DNA from: an uncultured Pseudomonadales bacterium
GTDB taxonomy: Bacteria > Patescibacteriota > Microgenomatia > UBA1400 > PJMF01
Direction of reading: 5' to 3'
NCBI GenBank assembly: GCA_964537615.1
Contig: CAZIBX010000001.1
Location: 1,929-65,928, forward strand
Length of the DNA stretch: 64,000 nucleotides
The position numbers and the translations under genes were made by a program. Of this stretch, positions 38,054 to 48,505 are shown in pieces. The notes below the pieces were generated by a model. It worked only from the letters and a program-made list of their open reading frames with translations. It was not told the origin of the DNA and searched no databases. How positions within the stretch are numbered: position 1 is the stretch's first letter; the number at the start of each line of letters is the position of its first letter.

Positions 38054-38121
38054 AGAGGCAATATATTATTTAGCGACTCGAAAGTCAACAACCCACCCAT
38101 CAACCCTCAAACATTACAGCC

Positions 38122-38541
38122 CTATTGTTTTGACAAAAGTAAGGCCGGATTTAAGTCCTGGAGTGTTTGTTTAGTTTGGTTGACACACTCGATTTGATTA
38201 CTCCTGCTACAGAGTGATAAAAGTGTCAAAGCTACCATTTCCGATTTAGGCTGTTGCTGATAGATTTTTTGCCACACATCGATAGCGTGGTCAAGTTGTG
38301 GTTTGGTCAGTTGGACGGTTTGGGGCAGGGGAGAGATAGTGGGCCAAGTTTGAACCTGAACTGGTGGCCAGAAATGAGCCAAAGTACTTAGACCTACCAA
38401 GCTTAGAATAACTACCAACAACACGCCGGCCGAGCGGACTTTGGCTTGGGCCAAAAAAACCAAACCCACAAAATAAACGATATTGGAGACGAGCAGAGTC
38501 AAAAATACCGGGCGGGGTAGGCGAGGCAGGATTTTGGTCAT
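38122..38541 (-). CDS. Hypothetical membrane protein
   Basis: Two TM helices then a short helical TPR-like tail; 4 nt downstream of valS. Confidence 0.7.
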   Translation of the reverse strand: MTKILPRLPRPVFLTLLVSNIVYFVGLVFLAQAKVRSAGVLLVVILSLVGLSTLAHFWPPVQVQTWPTISPLPQTVQLTKPQLDHAIDVWQKIYQQQPKSEMVALTLLSLCSRSNQIECVNQTKQTLQDLNPALLLSKQ

Positions 38542-38545
38542 AGTT

Positions 38546-40831
38546 TTATTTTGTATTTGACCGATTTGAGTTGAGTTGATTTGTGTTAGGCCAGGGTGAG
38601 GTCATCAGTAGATGATGGTCAATTAGCCCTGTCGATTGTAAATTTTGCCAGATTGCTTCAGTCACAAACGGCACAAACGGATGAAGCATTTTGATAAAAC
38701 TGACCAATGCTTGGCGCATGAAACGATGACTTAATTCACCTTTTTTGTGTTGTTCGATGGCCTGGTCACAGTACCAGTGCCAGAATTCGTCATAGAGAGT
38801 GTCGGCGGCCAAGCCCAGCTTGAATTGATCCAAATACCTGGTGATGTCTTTGATCACTTGATTCAGTTTTTCATCTGCCACTTGATCACCAGCTTTATCT
38901 CCGGTTTGGTCACCAGCTGTTTTGTCAGCCACATAGCGAGCAGCATTCCAGATTTTATTGGTGAAGTTGCGAGCGGCTTTAAAATCACCTTCTCCCACCG
39001 ATTTATCTTGACCAGGGCTAGAACGTATGACCAGAGCTAGCCGCAAAGCATCGGCTCCAAACTGGTCAACCACAGACAGGGGGTTAACCACATTGCCTTT
39101 GCTTTTGCTCATTTTGACACCTTTGCTGTCCCGGATCAGGCCATGCAGATAAACGGTCTGAAATGGGGTTTGGCCGGTCAAGTAAATACCCAGTAGCATC
39201 ATCCGCATCACCCAGATGGGCAAAATGTCATACGCCGTTTCCATCACGCTATTGGGATAAAATCGGTCAAAGTCGCCGGGTTGGGTAGCGTGCAGAGTCA
39301 CAATCGGCCACTGACCAGAGGAAAACCAGGTATCAAAAGTATCGGTTTCTGGCAAATAAAACTTATTGTCTGTTGGTTTGGTTTGGCCCAAAACATAGGG
39401 CACATCACTGGCGGCGGACAAACTTTGTAAACCTTTGACCACCACGTCGCGATCATAGGTTTTTAATAACTCACTCAACAACCCCGCTTGATATTGGCCG
39501 TTTTGATCCAAAAAAGCCAGAGTGATTTTATGTTCATAGTTCTCGGCTTGGTACCAAACAGGAATCCGCATTCCCCAAACTATTTGGCGACTGATATTCC
39601 AGTCTACCAGGTTATCCAGCCAGTGGCGTAGGGTTTTTTCTCGGCCGGGGCCGAGAATTTTGGTTTGTTTTTGATCCAAAACTTGAACAATTTTTTTGAC
39701 TAAATTATTTTTTTTGTCTTTGACGCGCAGGAAGAACTGGGGGAGGGGCAGGGGCTCGATGATACGGCCACAGCGATAACAAGTACCGACAGAGTGAGTA
39801 TATTTGTTGTCAACTTTAGTAATCAGGCCTAACTCGGTCAGGGCCTCAACCGTTTTTGTCCTTGCCTCGGCCACCGACAAACCGGCAAACTGCTGGGTGT
39901 CTGCCGTCATTTTTCCTCTGGTATCAATGACTGGCTTGGTGGGTAAATTATGTTTCTTGCCGACCATAAAGTCATTCAGATCATGAGCGGGGGTGATTTT
40001 GACTACCCCCGTGCCAAACTCTGGATCGACAAAATCGTCTGATAAAACGGGCAGTTCGATTTCGCCCAGCACATCTTGAACTTTGACTGTTTGGCCGATG
40101 TATTTACTATAGCGTTTATCATCTGGGTGCACCGCCAGTGCTACGTCACCAAACTTGGTTTCTGGTCTGACAGTAGCCACCTCAAACGGGCCATACTTAA
40201 TATAATAGAGGGGGTCGTTTTTTTCGACATAAACTACTTCTAGGTCCGAGTAGCTGGTGCCGCATTTGGTACAGTAGTTAACTAGCTGAAAATCACGATA
40301 TATCAATCCATCTTTGTGTAATTTATAGAAAGCGTCATAGACTTGTTGAACCACTTTTTCGTCTAGGGTGAAAACAAATCGTGTCCAGTCCAAACTGAAA
40401 CCCAGGCGTTTAAGTTGATCGGTGGCGGTTTGGGAGTTGGTTTGGACGTAGTCCCAGATCTGTTGGTACAAACTTTGGCGGTCAAACTGGAAGCGCGACT
40501 TACCTTGTTGCTGCAGTTTTTTTTCAAACACATACTGGGTCTCGATGCCGGCGTGGTCGGTACCGGGTAGCCAGAGCGTATCATCACCCAGCATGCGGTG
40601 ATAGCGGATCAGCACGTCTTCTACTGCGTACATGGCGTGACCCACATGCAGGGGGTCGTTGGCGTTGGGTGGGGGCAAAATGATGGAGAAGTTCTTGCCC
40701 GTAGATACTCCGTGCGGGTAGGGGGTATTTTTGTCCTGGTCAAAATCCGAACGCGGTTGGTAGCCGCCAGAATTTTCCCAGAGTTTTTGCATTTCTGGCT
40801 CATGTGAGGTGTGGTTATAAGTGGAGTCCAT
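38546..40831 (-). CDS. valS: Valine--tRNA ligase
   Basis: PPPNANDPLHVGHA, PGTDHAGI, DWNISRQIVWG, DTFDTWFSS, KMSKSKGN; ends without the C-terminal coiled-coil arm. Confidence 0.97.
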   Translation of the reverse strand: MDSTYNHTSHEPEMQKLWENSGGYQPRSDFDQDKNTPYPHGVSTGKNFSIILPPPNANDPLHVGHAMYAVEDVLIRYHRMLGDDTLWLPGTDHAGIETQYVFEKKLQQQGKSRFQFDRQSLYQQIWDYVQTNSQTATDQLKRLGFSLDWTRFVFTLDEKVVQQVYDAFYKLHKDGLIYRDFQLVNYCTKCGTSYSDLEVVYVEKNDPLYYIKYGPFEVATVRPETKFGDVALAVHPDDKRYSKYIGQTVKVQDVLGEIELPVLSDDFVDPEFGTGVVKITPAHDLNDFMVGKKHNLPTKPVIDTRGKMTADTQQFAGLSVAEARTKTVEALTELGLITKVDNKYTHSVGTCYRCGRIIEPLPLPQFFLRVKDKKNNLVKKIVQVLDQKQTKILGPGREKTLRHWLDNLVDWNISRQIVWGMRIPVWYQAENYEHKITLAFLDQNGQYQAGLLSELLKTYDRDVVVKGLQSLSAASDVPYVLGQTKPTDNKFYLPETDTFDTWFSSGQWPIVTLHATQPGDFDRFYPNSVMETAYDILPIWVMRMMLLGIYLTGQTPFQTVYLHGLIRDSKGVKMSKSKGNVVNPLSVVDQFGADALRLALVIRSSPGQDKSVGEGDFKAARNFTNKIWNAARYVADKTAGDQTGDKAGDQVADEKLNQVIKDITRYLDQFKLGLAADTLYDEFWHWYCDQAIEQHKKGELSHRFMRQALVSFIKMLHPFVPFVTEAIWQNLQSTGLIDHHLLMTSPWPNTNQLNSNRSNTK

Positions 40832-40870
40832 AAAAACTAATTATACTCGAACGAAATTTTGATTTTTTTA

Positions 40871-42640
40871 TCACTGTCCCACCAAATACTTCGCCGCCCA
40901 GGGTCGGTAATTAGAAGTATAGATATCCTCGCGCAAAACTTGACCGTCTTTATCTGTTACTCGATTGGTAAACTTGGCCTTAATCCCACTGGCGGCCCAG
41001 TCGATTTGTTTTTTTACCCCAGTAGGCAGTGAAGGATCGGGGATAAACTGGGGGGCTAGAGCTGGCCTGGGATCCCAAGTTACATGATTAACAATTTGTC
41101 CCCGTCGGCCGGAGTCGGTGCCGTAAAGCTCAAAATACATGGATAAGTTCTGGGCATCAGCTGCTCCGTGAATCAAGACATAGTGACCGGTGTCGTTTTT
41201 GAAACGCAGATCAGTGTTGCCAGAAAAAACCGTGGCATCCACACCTGGTTTGCTATCCAGTTCATAGTAACTGACGCGGTAAGAGTGGGGGAGGCGCCTG
41301 GTGACGGGCAGGCCGGCATTTAACAAAGCTCTAAACAAAGTCGTGCTGACCTGACACACCCCGCCGCCATCACCCAGCACTGTTTGGCCATTCTGGATGA
41401 TGTAAGCTGGTTTGAAGCCAGTCAGTTGGGACACATCGCCGATGGCCTTATTGAAAGAGAACTCGCTATCAGGCGGAACTAGAAAGTGATTGATCCGGCT
41501 GGTAGCCAGAGACACGTTGTGAATCCGGCTGGGGATAGAGTGGGCGTACTTACTTTCGCCATAGCCAATCAGCGACTCGATACCCAAGTCATTGGTGGCA
41601 GACAGTGGCACTTGGGCGGTGGTTTTGGTCATCACCAGATTGATAGGGGAGAGAGAAGCACTGGTAGTGGCGCTTAACTGTTCAAGTTGCTGACTGACAT
41701 CGCTTGTTAGTTTCTGTGTATCTACACCTAGACCGGGTTTGTCCGGCACAAACTGGTTAACCCGCATGGTGGTTTGGTCAAAGTCAAACTTGGCATCTTG
41801 TGGCGGGCGATTAAGTTGGTCGGCGATTTGTGTGGTCAGTTGGTCAAGTTTGATCGAGTCTAGGCCTTGGGGGTGGCCGATGATGCCCACCAACTGTTTG
41901 TCGTTTAAAGTGATTTTGATGTGTTCACTGGTTTCGTTCAGGGTGATATTTTTGCCCACGACTGACTTGGCGCGGTCAAGGGCTAGGGCGGAATCAGATG
42001 CACTCCAGACCTGGCCGGTTAATCGAGTAACCACCACCACTTGGTCTTGGTCGTGGCGTAGGGCATCTACCAACCGAGCTTGAGTTTGATCAAAATCTAT
42101 AGCTTGGCCCGGTTCGCCACTAAATACTTGCAAAGTCTTGGGCTGACCTGATGTGTTTAAAGTAACGCTGGGTGGTTTGGGATCGATATTAACGCGTTTT
42201 CCCAACTCGGATAGAACTGACTGATACTTGGCTTGATCGACAGAGTAGGGGGTAGTACGGTCGAAGCGATTGGTTGGTTTGATTTGATGTTTGAGCTTTT
42301 CCCACCATGGAGTATGTTGCCACTCGGCTATCATCTGGTCTAGGGTTTGTTGGGGATTGTGGCTGACACCTAGAGCGCTAGATGAAGTTGTAGCCGATAC
42401 CAACCCGGCTGTCAGAGTTAAAATAGGATCAGTTGGGCTGGTTACTTGTTGTGAATAATAGTTATGTACTTGAGTGATGGGTTGGTAATCCAGCTTCACA
42501 CTATCCAGTCGGGCCATTGCTGGTAGGCGAGCACTACTCCAAAAATTAAAAACCACCACACCTACAGCTAGTAGAGTAAAAATCAAACCACTGACAACCA
42601 ACTCCCGATGATGAGCGTTGGCCAAAAAACCACGGAGCAT
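40871..42640 (-). CDS. VanW-family protein with peptidoglycan-binding region
   Basis: N-terminal TM helix; RIHNV, EFSFN, GGGVCQVSTTLF, PHSYRVSYY, DLRFKNDT. Confidence 0.92.
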   Translation of the reverse strand: MLRGFLANAHHRELVVSGLIFTLLAVGVVVFNFWSSARLPAMARLDSVKLDYQPITQVHNYYSQQVTSPTDPILTLTAGLVSATTSSSALGVSHNPQQTLDQMIAEWQHTPWWEKLKHQIKPTNRFDRTTPYSVDQAKYQSVLSELGKRVNIDPKPPSVTLNTSGQPKTLQVFSGEPGQAIDFDQTQARLVDALRHDQDQVVVVTRLTGQVWSASDSALALDRAKSVVGKNITLNETSEHIKITLNDKQLVGIIGHPQGLDSIKLDQLTTQIADQLNRPPQDAKFDFDQTTMRVNQFVPDKPGLGVDTQKLTSDVSQQLEQLSATTSASLSPINLVMTKTTAQVPLSATNDLGIESLIGYGESKYAHSIPSRIHNVSLATSRINHFLVPPDSEFSFNKAIGDVSQLTGFKPAYIIQNGQTVLGDGGGVCQVSTTLFRALLNAGLPVTRRLPHSYRVSYYELDSKPGVDATVFSGNTDLRFKNDTGHYVLIHGAADAQNLSMYFELYGTDSGRRGQIVNHVTWDPRPALAPQFIPDPSLPTGVKKQIDWAASGIKAKFTNRVTDKDGQVLREDIYTSNYRPWAAKYLVGQ

Positions 42641-42803
42641 AGCTTGATATTGTGCCAGACAGATGGTGGATATACAACTTCCGATCTTTGAGCAGAAGTT
42701 TAGTGGGCCAGCTGATCATTGGTCAGCCGATCTGTTGTTGCGTCACGGCTCTATTCTAGATACTATATAGTAGTACTCACCGTTTGAACGGTGGGTATGT
42801 GTT

Positions 42804-44993
42804 ATGCCAGACAGCACTTTGCCCAAACCTACACCGCCCAGCTCTCCAGTTTCGTCTGGATCACCTATTTCTAGCACTCCGACTGTCTTGCCTCCCTCTG
42901 TTTCCCCTCTGACTCTTACTACCGCAGTTACTTCACCTACTTCTACACCGACTACCATTTCTACACCCACACCTACGTCTGCCACACCTACGTCCACCAC
43001 ACCTACGCCAGATGACGTATCCGGTCCGCCTCTGAAGTTAAGCGTGCAAGGAGATATAGTGCCGGCCACCGATCCAACCGATGACGACCTGACTCCGCCC
43101 CCCTCGACCCTACAATCAGCTCCACCGGCTCCACTGCCGAAACCTTTGGCTCCCGCCGATTTGCCAGGGCCAACAGTTTTATCTACGCCCAAACTTCCCA
43201 CTTCACCCTCGATCACTCCCACTTCACCCTCCATCACTCCCACCTCGACTGGCACTGATCCCAAACCAGTTACTTCTGTCACTCCGTCTCCTGTATCAAT
43301 GACCGGTCCAGTTATTTCGCCGCCCACTACCCCAGTCGCTCCGTCACCCACCACTTCAGTTAATCCACCTGCCACCACCCCAGTTACGTCGCCCACTAAC
43401 ACCCCAGTTACTCCACCACCCACTACCCTGACGGCTTTGTCCTCTATGACCAGCGCATCAGTTCCGCCCACTCCGCCCCCCACCCCCACCGCGCCCACCG
43501 CCTCTGGCCCCAAAACCCAACCGGTTTTGGCCACCGCCCCCAAAAAATCGTTTCCCTTACCATTACTTTTAGGTCTGGGAGCTCTGGTTTTGTTAATTTT
43601 GGGAGCTGTGGCTTTCTTTTTGTTAAGGCCCGGCTCAACTTCAGTTAGTACTAGACAAGACTCAACTGATGGTGGTCAAACCACCCGTCAAACCACTGGC
43701 AACCAAACCACAGGTTCTGGCACCAATCCAGCCAACCAATCCAACCAAACCAGTGGTGGCAGTGGCGCCGGCGCAACTACTGGTCAAAATACCACCAGCT
43801 CTGGTCAGCCGGTAGTTCTCGAGTATTGGGGACTGTGGGAACCAGAGAGTTTGATGACAGAAGTGCTGGCAAATTATCAAAAAGACCACCCCGGAGTCAG
43901 TGTCCGCTACACCAAACAGTCATATCAAGATTACCGTCAGCGTTTACAGACGGCGGTTGCGTCTGGAAATGGACCGGATCTATTTCGTTTTCACGCCAGT
44001 TGGGTGCCGATGCTGAAAAATGAATTAGCACCCATGCCGGCTTCGATTATGACAAGCAACGAGTTTAGCAACATCTTTTTTCCAGTGGCCACCACTCAAC
44101 TTCAACAAAATGGCCAAATTGTCGGCATTCCCCTGATGTACGATGGACTGGTTCTTTATTACAACAAAGATATTTTCAAAACCGCCGGCGTTGATCCGCC
44201 TCAAACTTGGGCCGAGGTTAGAACTTTGGCCAGCAAGCTGGCTATTAAAAACAGCTCGGGTGGACTGCAGCGCGGGGGTATCGCCATGGGTAATGTGGCC
44301 AATGTCGAACACTTCTCCGATATCTTAGGCACACTTTTACTGCAAAACGGCGCCGACTTAACCAGACCCAACTCGGCCCAAACCAGAGATGCTTTGTTGT
44401 TTTATACCAATTTTGTTAAAGTTGATAAAGTTTGGGACGACCAGCTACCCAGCTCAACTTTGGCTTTTTCCAGAGGTGATGTAGCTATGATGTTTGCTCC
44501 TTCGTGGCGAGCTCACGATATCGCCGCTCAAAACCCCGGCTTGCAGTTTGGCACAGTACCTTTGCCTAAGTTGAGCGAAAAACGTTTGGGCTGGGCTACT
44601 TACTGGGCTGAAGGGGTGAGCCAGCAGAGTAAACATAAGCAGGAGGCCTGGGAGTTGCTCAAGTACTTGAGTTCTAGTCCAGTCATGAAATCCCAGTATG
44701 CTCAAACTGCTGCTACCCGCAGTTTTGGTGAAATTTATTCCCGTCAAGATATCGCCAGTGAGCTGGCCAGCACAGAGGTGGTCAAAAGTGTTTTGGAAGA
44801 TGCGCCTTTTGCCAAAAACTGGTATCTCAATTCATACACTCACGACGATGGTCTCAACGACAATCTGATCCAGTACTACACAGATGCCGTCAACGGTATT
44901 TTGACCGGCAAAAGACCAGAGGAAGTGCTGGTAACTTTGGAGCAGGGGACAGCCCAAGTTTTGGGTCAGTATAACGTCGGTCTAACTCTGTAG
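42804..44993 (+). CDS. Membrane-anchored sugar-type solute-binding protein with long Pro/Thr/Ser N-terminus
   Basis: About 250 aa low complexity, TM helix, then LEYWGLWE, GPDLF, LVLYYNKDIF, PPQTW, EAWELLKYL. Confidence 0.85.
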   Translation: MPDSTLPKPTPPSSPVSSGSPISSTPTVLPPSVSPLTLTTAVTSPTSTPTTISTPTPTSATPTSTTPTPDDVSGPPLKLSVQGDIVPATDPTDDDLTPPPSTLQSAPPAPLPKPLAPADLPGPTVLSTPKLPTSPSITPTSPSITPTSTGTDPKPVTSVTPSPVSMTGPVISPPTTPVAPSPTTSVNPPATTPVTSPTNTPVTPPPTTLTALSSMTSASVPPTPPPTPTAPTASGPKTQPVLATAPKKSFPLPLLLGLGALVLLILGAVAFFLLRPGSTSVSTRQDSTDGGQTTRQTTGNQTTGSGTNPANQSNQTSGGSGAGATTGQNTTSSGQPVVLEYWGLWEPESLMTEVLANYQKDHPGVSVRYTKQSYQDYRQRLQTAVASGNGPDLFRFHASWVPMLKNELAPMPASIMTSNEFSNIFFPVATTQLQQNGQIVGIPLMYDGLVLYYNKDIFKTAGVDPPQTWAEVRTLASKLAIKNSSGGLQRGGIAMGNVANVEHFSDILGTLLLQNGADLTRPNSAQTRDALLFYTNFVKVDKVWDDQLPSSTLAFSRGDVAMMFAPSWRAHDIAAQNPGLQFGTVPLPKLSEKRLGWATYWAEGVSQQSKHKQEAWELLKYLSSSPVMKSQYAQTAATRSFGEIYSRQDIASELASTEVVKSVLEDAPFAKNWYLNSYTHDDGLNDNLIQYYTDAVNGILTGKRPEEVLVTLEQGTAQVLGQYNVGLTL

Positions 44994-45018
44994 TTTGATA
45001 GCGTACAATACCGTCACC

Positions 45019-46401
45019 GTGCCGGTTCAGTCTTATTTTTTACGATTACTTTTGACTTTGTCTTACAGTCATGTTTTTGACAAAGGTCTGTCTATCGCAG
45101 ATCTATACTTGCGCCAAGTTGCTTTGGCTAGTTATGACTTTATATCTTGGCCACAAGTGACCGCAGCAGTGGCTCAACTGCGTCGGCATAAGGTCATCCG
45201 GATTGATCGGGATCAAATTTTACCGTTTGACCGAATAATCGGTGATGAGCTAACCACCGGTTGGAGTCAGTCCACTCCCGCTCATTTGCAAGCAGCTTTG
45301 CAAGCGTCTAAATTGGCTGAAGCTGAAATGGTGGCGTCACTGCTTAATAAATTACCTTGGGTTCAGGCCGTGGCATTGACGGGGTCGGTGGCGGTAGGTA
45401 ATACCAAACCCAAAGACGACTGTGATTTTTTCATTATCACCACTCCCCACACTTTGTGGTTAACCCGATTGGTAGTTTTATGGATCGCCAAACTTCACGG
45501 TAAGCGGCGATCTTTTGCCAAAGAGGAATCAGACAGTTGGTGTTTTAATATGTGGTTGAGTGATAATAGCTTGGTTTTGCCGGTTAATATGCGATCTTTG
45601 TACACGGCTTATGAACTATGCCAAGCGGTGTGGTTGGTCAATAAAAACTTAACCGCCCAAAGATTTATAGCGCTTAATTCATGGGCCCGGCGTTTATTGC
45701 CGGTTTATTATTTGACGGCTTATCAAGCTGTTTACAAACATAATACAACTCATCTACCAGGCACAAAAACTCTATTTTGGTTGATTGGTGTTTTGACTCC
45801 ACTACTGAACGCATGGTGCTTTTTGATGCAGTACTTGTATATGTTGCCTCACAAAACCAGCGAGTGGGTAGGTTACTCTCACGCCTTTTTCCATCCCCGT
45901 CCCACCGGCCAATTGACTTTACACAAGCTTCAAAGTTGGCTAGAGTACTATCTTTACTCAAAAACCGAAAGAAAACCGAAAAAAAAGATCAAACGGGTAT
46001 TAGTGACTGGTGTATTTGATTTACTGCACACCAAACACCGTCAGTTACTGCAACAGTCGGCCCGATTGGGTCAACTCTGGGTGGGAGTTGAGTCAGATCA
46101 GCGGACCCGGACCCTGAAAGGTTGGGACAGACCACTCCAACCCGCCTGGTGGAAGGTCATGCAGCTAAATCGTCTGGCCGTAGTCAGCCGAGCTTTCATT
46201 TTACCAACCCAAATTGATCAAGAGGAAGTTCAGCGCCAGCTTTTGGCTAAGATCAAACCGGATATCCTGGCTGTTTCCGCCTCGACACCTCACTTGGCTC
46301 AAAAAAAACGCTTGATGGCAGAAATTGGTGGTCGAGTTGAGGTTGTTTTACCTCATGATCAAACGATTTCCACTACTCAAATTGTGCAAGCCAAACGTTA
46401 G
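45019..46401 (+). CDS. Fusion of Pol-beta-type nucleotidyltransferase and cytidylyltransferase-like domain
   Basis: LTGSVAVG...DDCDFFII; C-terminal VTGVFDLLHTKH, VGVESD, KGWDRP, ISTTQI. GTG 45019 lies 9 nt after TACAAT. Confidence 0.7.
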   Translation: MPVQSYFLRLLLTLSYSHVFDKGLSIADLYLRQVALASYDFISWPQVTAAVAQLRRHKVIRIDRDQILPFDRIIGDELTTGWSQSTPAHLQAALQASKLAEAEMVASLLNKLPWVQAVALTGSVAVGNTKPKDDCDFFIITTPHTLWLTRLVVLWIAKLHGKRRSFAKEESDSWCFNMWLSDNSLVLPVNMRSLYTAYELCQAVWLVNKNLTAQRFIALNSWARRLLPVYYLTAYQAVYKHNTTHLPGTKTLFWLIGVLTPLLNAWCFLMQYLYMLPHKTSEWVGYSHAFFHPRPTGQLTLHKLQSWLEYYLYSKTERKPKKKIKRVLVTGVFDLLHTKHRQLLQQSARLGQLWVGVESDQRTRTLKGWDRPLQPAWWKVMQLNRLAVVSRAFILPTQIDQEEVQRQLLAKIKPDILAVSASTPHLAQKKRLMAEIGGRVEVVLPHDQTISTTQIVQAKR

Positions 46402-46423
46402 AGTAATAGTGTAGAGTAACAGT

Positions 46424-47812
46424 ATGACGGCCAAACCATCTTCCCAGTACGTTTGTCAGCAGTGCGGAGCCAAATTCTTGCGTTGGAGCGGTCAGTGTAG
46501 TAGCTGTAATGCGTGGAATACTCTGGTTGAAGAGGTAACTACGCCGGTTAATAAGCACAAAACGGCATCTGGTACAGCTCCAGCCGCTACTGCAATCAGT
46601 TTAAACCAGATCTGGCAACCATCCAGTCCGGCTTCACGATTATCGACGGGCTTGGCCGAGTTTGATCGGGTGTTGGGTGGTACATCTCCTGGTTTGGTAC
46701 CTGGCATGGTAGCTTTGCTGGGTGGTTATCCGGGTATCGGCAAAAGTACTCTGGTGACTCAAGCCATTTTACAAATTTTAAGCCAAAATCCAGATTTGGG
46801 CCCGATAGTTTATATCGCTGGTGAGGAAAATCCAGACCAGATTGTGTTGCGGATCAAGCGTTTGTTGGCGGCCGGTGTTTTAAGTTCAGCCAAACTAACC
46901 AAAAGTACGCTAGACCGAGTGAGTTTCATCACCACTACGGACGTGGATAGTGTTATCGCGTCTCTGGATCAAGTCAAACCTTGTCTAGTAATCATCGATA
47001 GTATTCAGACTTTAACTACCACAGACTTATCTGGCGGTGCCGGCTCTGTCGGGCAGGTCAAGGAATCGGCCAATCGCCTGACAACTTGGGCTAAACAAAC
47101 TTCTGTACCCATGATCTTAATCGGTCACGTGACCAAAGAAGGTCAGTTGGCTGGCCCGATGGTTTTGGAGCACATGGTTGATACGGTTATCGAGTTGACA
47201 GGAGAGAGAACCAGCGACTTACGTTTACTGCGGGCGCTCAAAAACCGGTTTGGCCCGACTGATGAAGTCGGAGTTTTTCACCTGACGCAGGCCGGACTGC
47301 AGGGAGTAGACAATCCCAGTCAGTTTTTTTTACAACAAAGACTAGCCGAGCCCGGATCGGTGGTGGCAGGAGTGATGGAGGGGACTAGGCCACTTTTGAT
47401 TGAGGTACAAGCGCTTGCCGTACCTTCACATTTACCCACTCCCAGGCGAGTAGGTAGGGGAGTGGAACTATCCAGGATTCAGGTTTTGTCGGCGGTACTG
47501 CAAAAATTTTGCCATTTACCCACTGGCGAGAGTGATATTTTTGTCAGTGTAGCCGGTGGTTATGCCACCAAAGAACCCTCGCTTGATCTGGCGGTGGCAG
47601 TCGCCATCGCTTCATCTCTGCTCAATGTCAGCGTGCCTAACTCCAGTGTTTATGTGGGGGAGGTGGGTTTGTTGGGGGAGATCCGTAGCGTTCAGTTTTT
47701 GGATAAAAGGATCAAAGAAGCCAAACGTCTGGGTTTTTCTCGAGTCGTGACTCATCAAACTGACAAAACTCTGCGTGATGTTATATCCACGCTCAAAAAT
47801 TCTCGTCGCTAA
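46424..47812 (+). CDS. radA: DNA repair protein RadA/Sms
   Basis: CQQCG..WSGQCSSCNAW, GYPGIGKST, IDSIQT, GHVTKEG, KNRFG, GEVGLLGE. Confidence 0.98.
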   Translation: MTAKPSSQYVCQQCGAKFLRWSGQCSSCNAWNTLVEEVTTPVNKHKTASGTAPAATAISLNQIWQPSSPASRLSTGLAEFDRVLGGTSPGLVPGMVALLGGYPGIGKSTLVTQAILQILSQNPDLGPIVYIAGEENPDQIVLRIKRLLAAGVLSSAKLTKSTLDRVSFITTTDVDSVIASLDQVKPCLVIIDSIQTLTTTDLSGGAGSVGQVKESANRLTTWAKQTSVPMILIGHVTKEGQLAGPMVLEHMVDTVIELTGERTSDLRLLRALKNRFGPTDEVGVFHLTQAGLQGVDNPSQFFLQQRLAEPGSVVAGVMEGTRPLLIEVQALAVPSHLPTPRRVGRGVELSRIQVLSAVLQKFCHLPTGESDIFVSVAGGYATKEPSLDLAVAVAIASSLLNVSVPNSSVYVGEVGLLGEIRSVQFLDKRIKEAKRLGFSRVVTHQTDKTLRDVISTLKNSRR

Positions 47813-48204
47813 AAGTGGTCAAAATCGGGTTTTTGGTCAGACCAACTTGGTTCTCTGCGTTTAGTTATCCATCACTTTGATTTGGTTTGTATGGTTTGAC
47901 GAAATGATTCAGCGTTTTTTTGAAATAGATGAAGTGGTGGTTGGTATCAAAATCAGGTTTTCCAAGGTTTATCCTAAGTCGTGATATCTGTGTGCATAAC
48001 TATTTTATTTTTGTCTGTAAATTAGCAGAAAAAAAAGTTATAAGATATCAATTTTTTAGCTAATTTATAATTATGGGTCTTGACATTGGTCAATCAGTAG
48101 TTATATAGTTATCAATGTTGGACGAACCACAAACATTATTGCCCGCATGTCGGTGCGGGCCTGGGGATTGACAATCAATCTTGTTTTTTATTATTTTTAT
48201 TGGT

Positions 48205-48486
48205 ATGGAAACGGGGACAAACCAAGATAGAGTCACAATTTTGACCGGCCAATTGAGAGTGGTTGAAAAGGAAAGATATGAGGCAGAAAAAATCATAGCG
48301 CAGTTAAACCAAGAACACTCAAGGTTATTTCAAATTTGGCACGGTGCAACAGACTCACAAGAGGCTGAACAAATATTAAGTCAAGTTAAAGCTCTTGATT
48401 TACAAATTGATCAAGCCCAAACCAAACTAGATGAACTAGAAAGACGTGAACGAGTACTAGCAGCTAATTTGTTGAATTTGCCATAA
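48205..48486 (+). CDS. Small hypothetical coiled-coil protein
   Basis: Heptad-like Glu/Gln/Leu pattern; TTGACA at 48168 upstream. Confidence 0.6.
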   Translation: METGTNQDRVTILTGQLRVVEKERYEAEKIIAQLNQEHSRLFQIWHGATDSQEAEQILSQVKALDLQIDQAQTKLDELERRERVLAANLLNLP

Positions 48487-48505
48487 CATAATTCCAAAAA
48501 ATATC

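Noticed and set aside
37634-38059. tRNA, tmRNA, RNase P RNA or group I intron
   Set aside because: No T-loop or CCA end, no GAGGAAAGTCC, no plausible tag peptide, no P7 partner found.
38084-38110. IS200/IS605-type end (GTCAACAACCC)
   Set aside because: No following hairpin or transposase; it is the reverse complement of the TTGACT -35 box.
42743-43543. 266-aa Gly/Val-rich antisense ORF
   Set aside because: Mirror of the Pro/Thr-rich coding strand, which rarely produces antisense stops.
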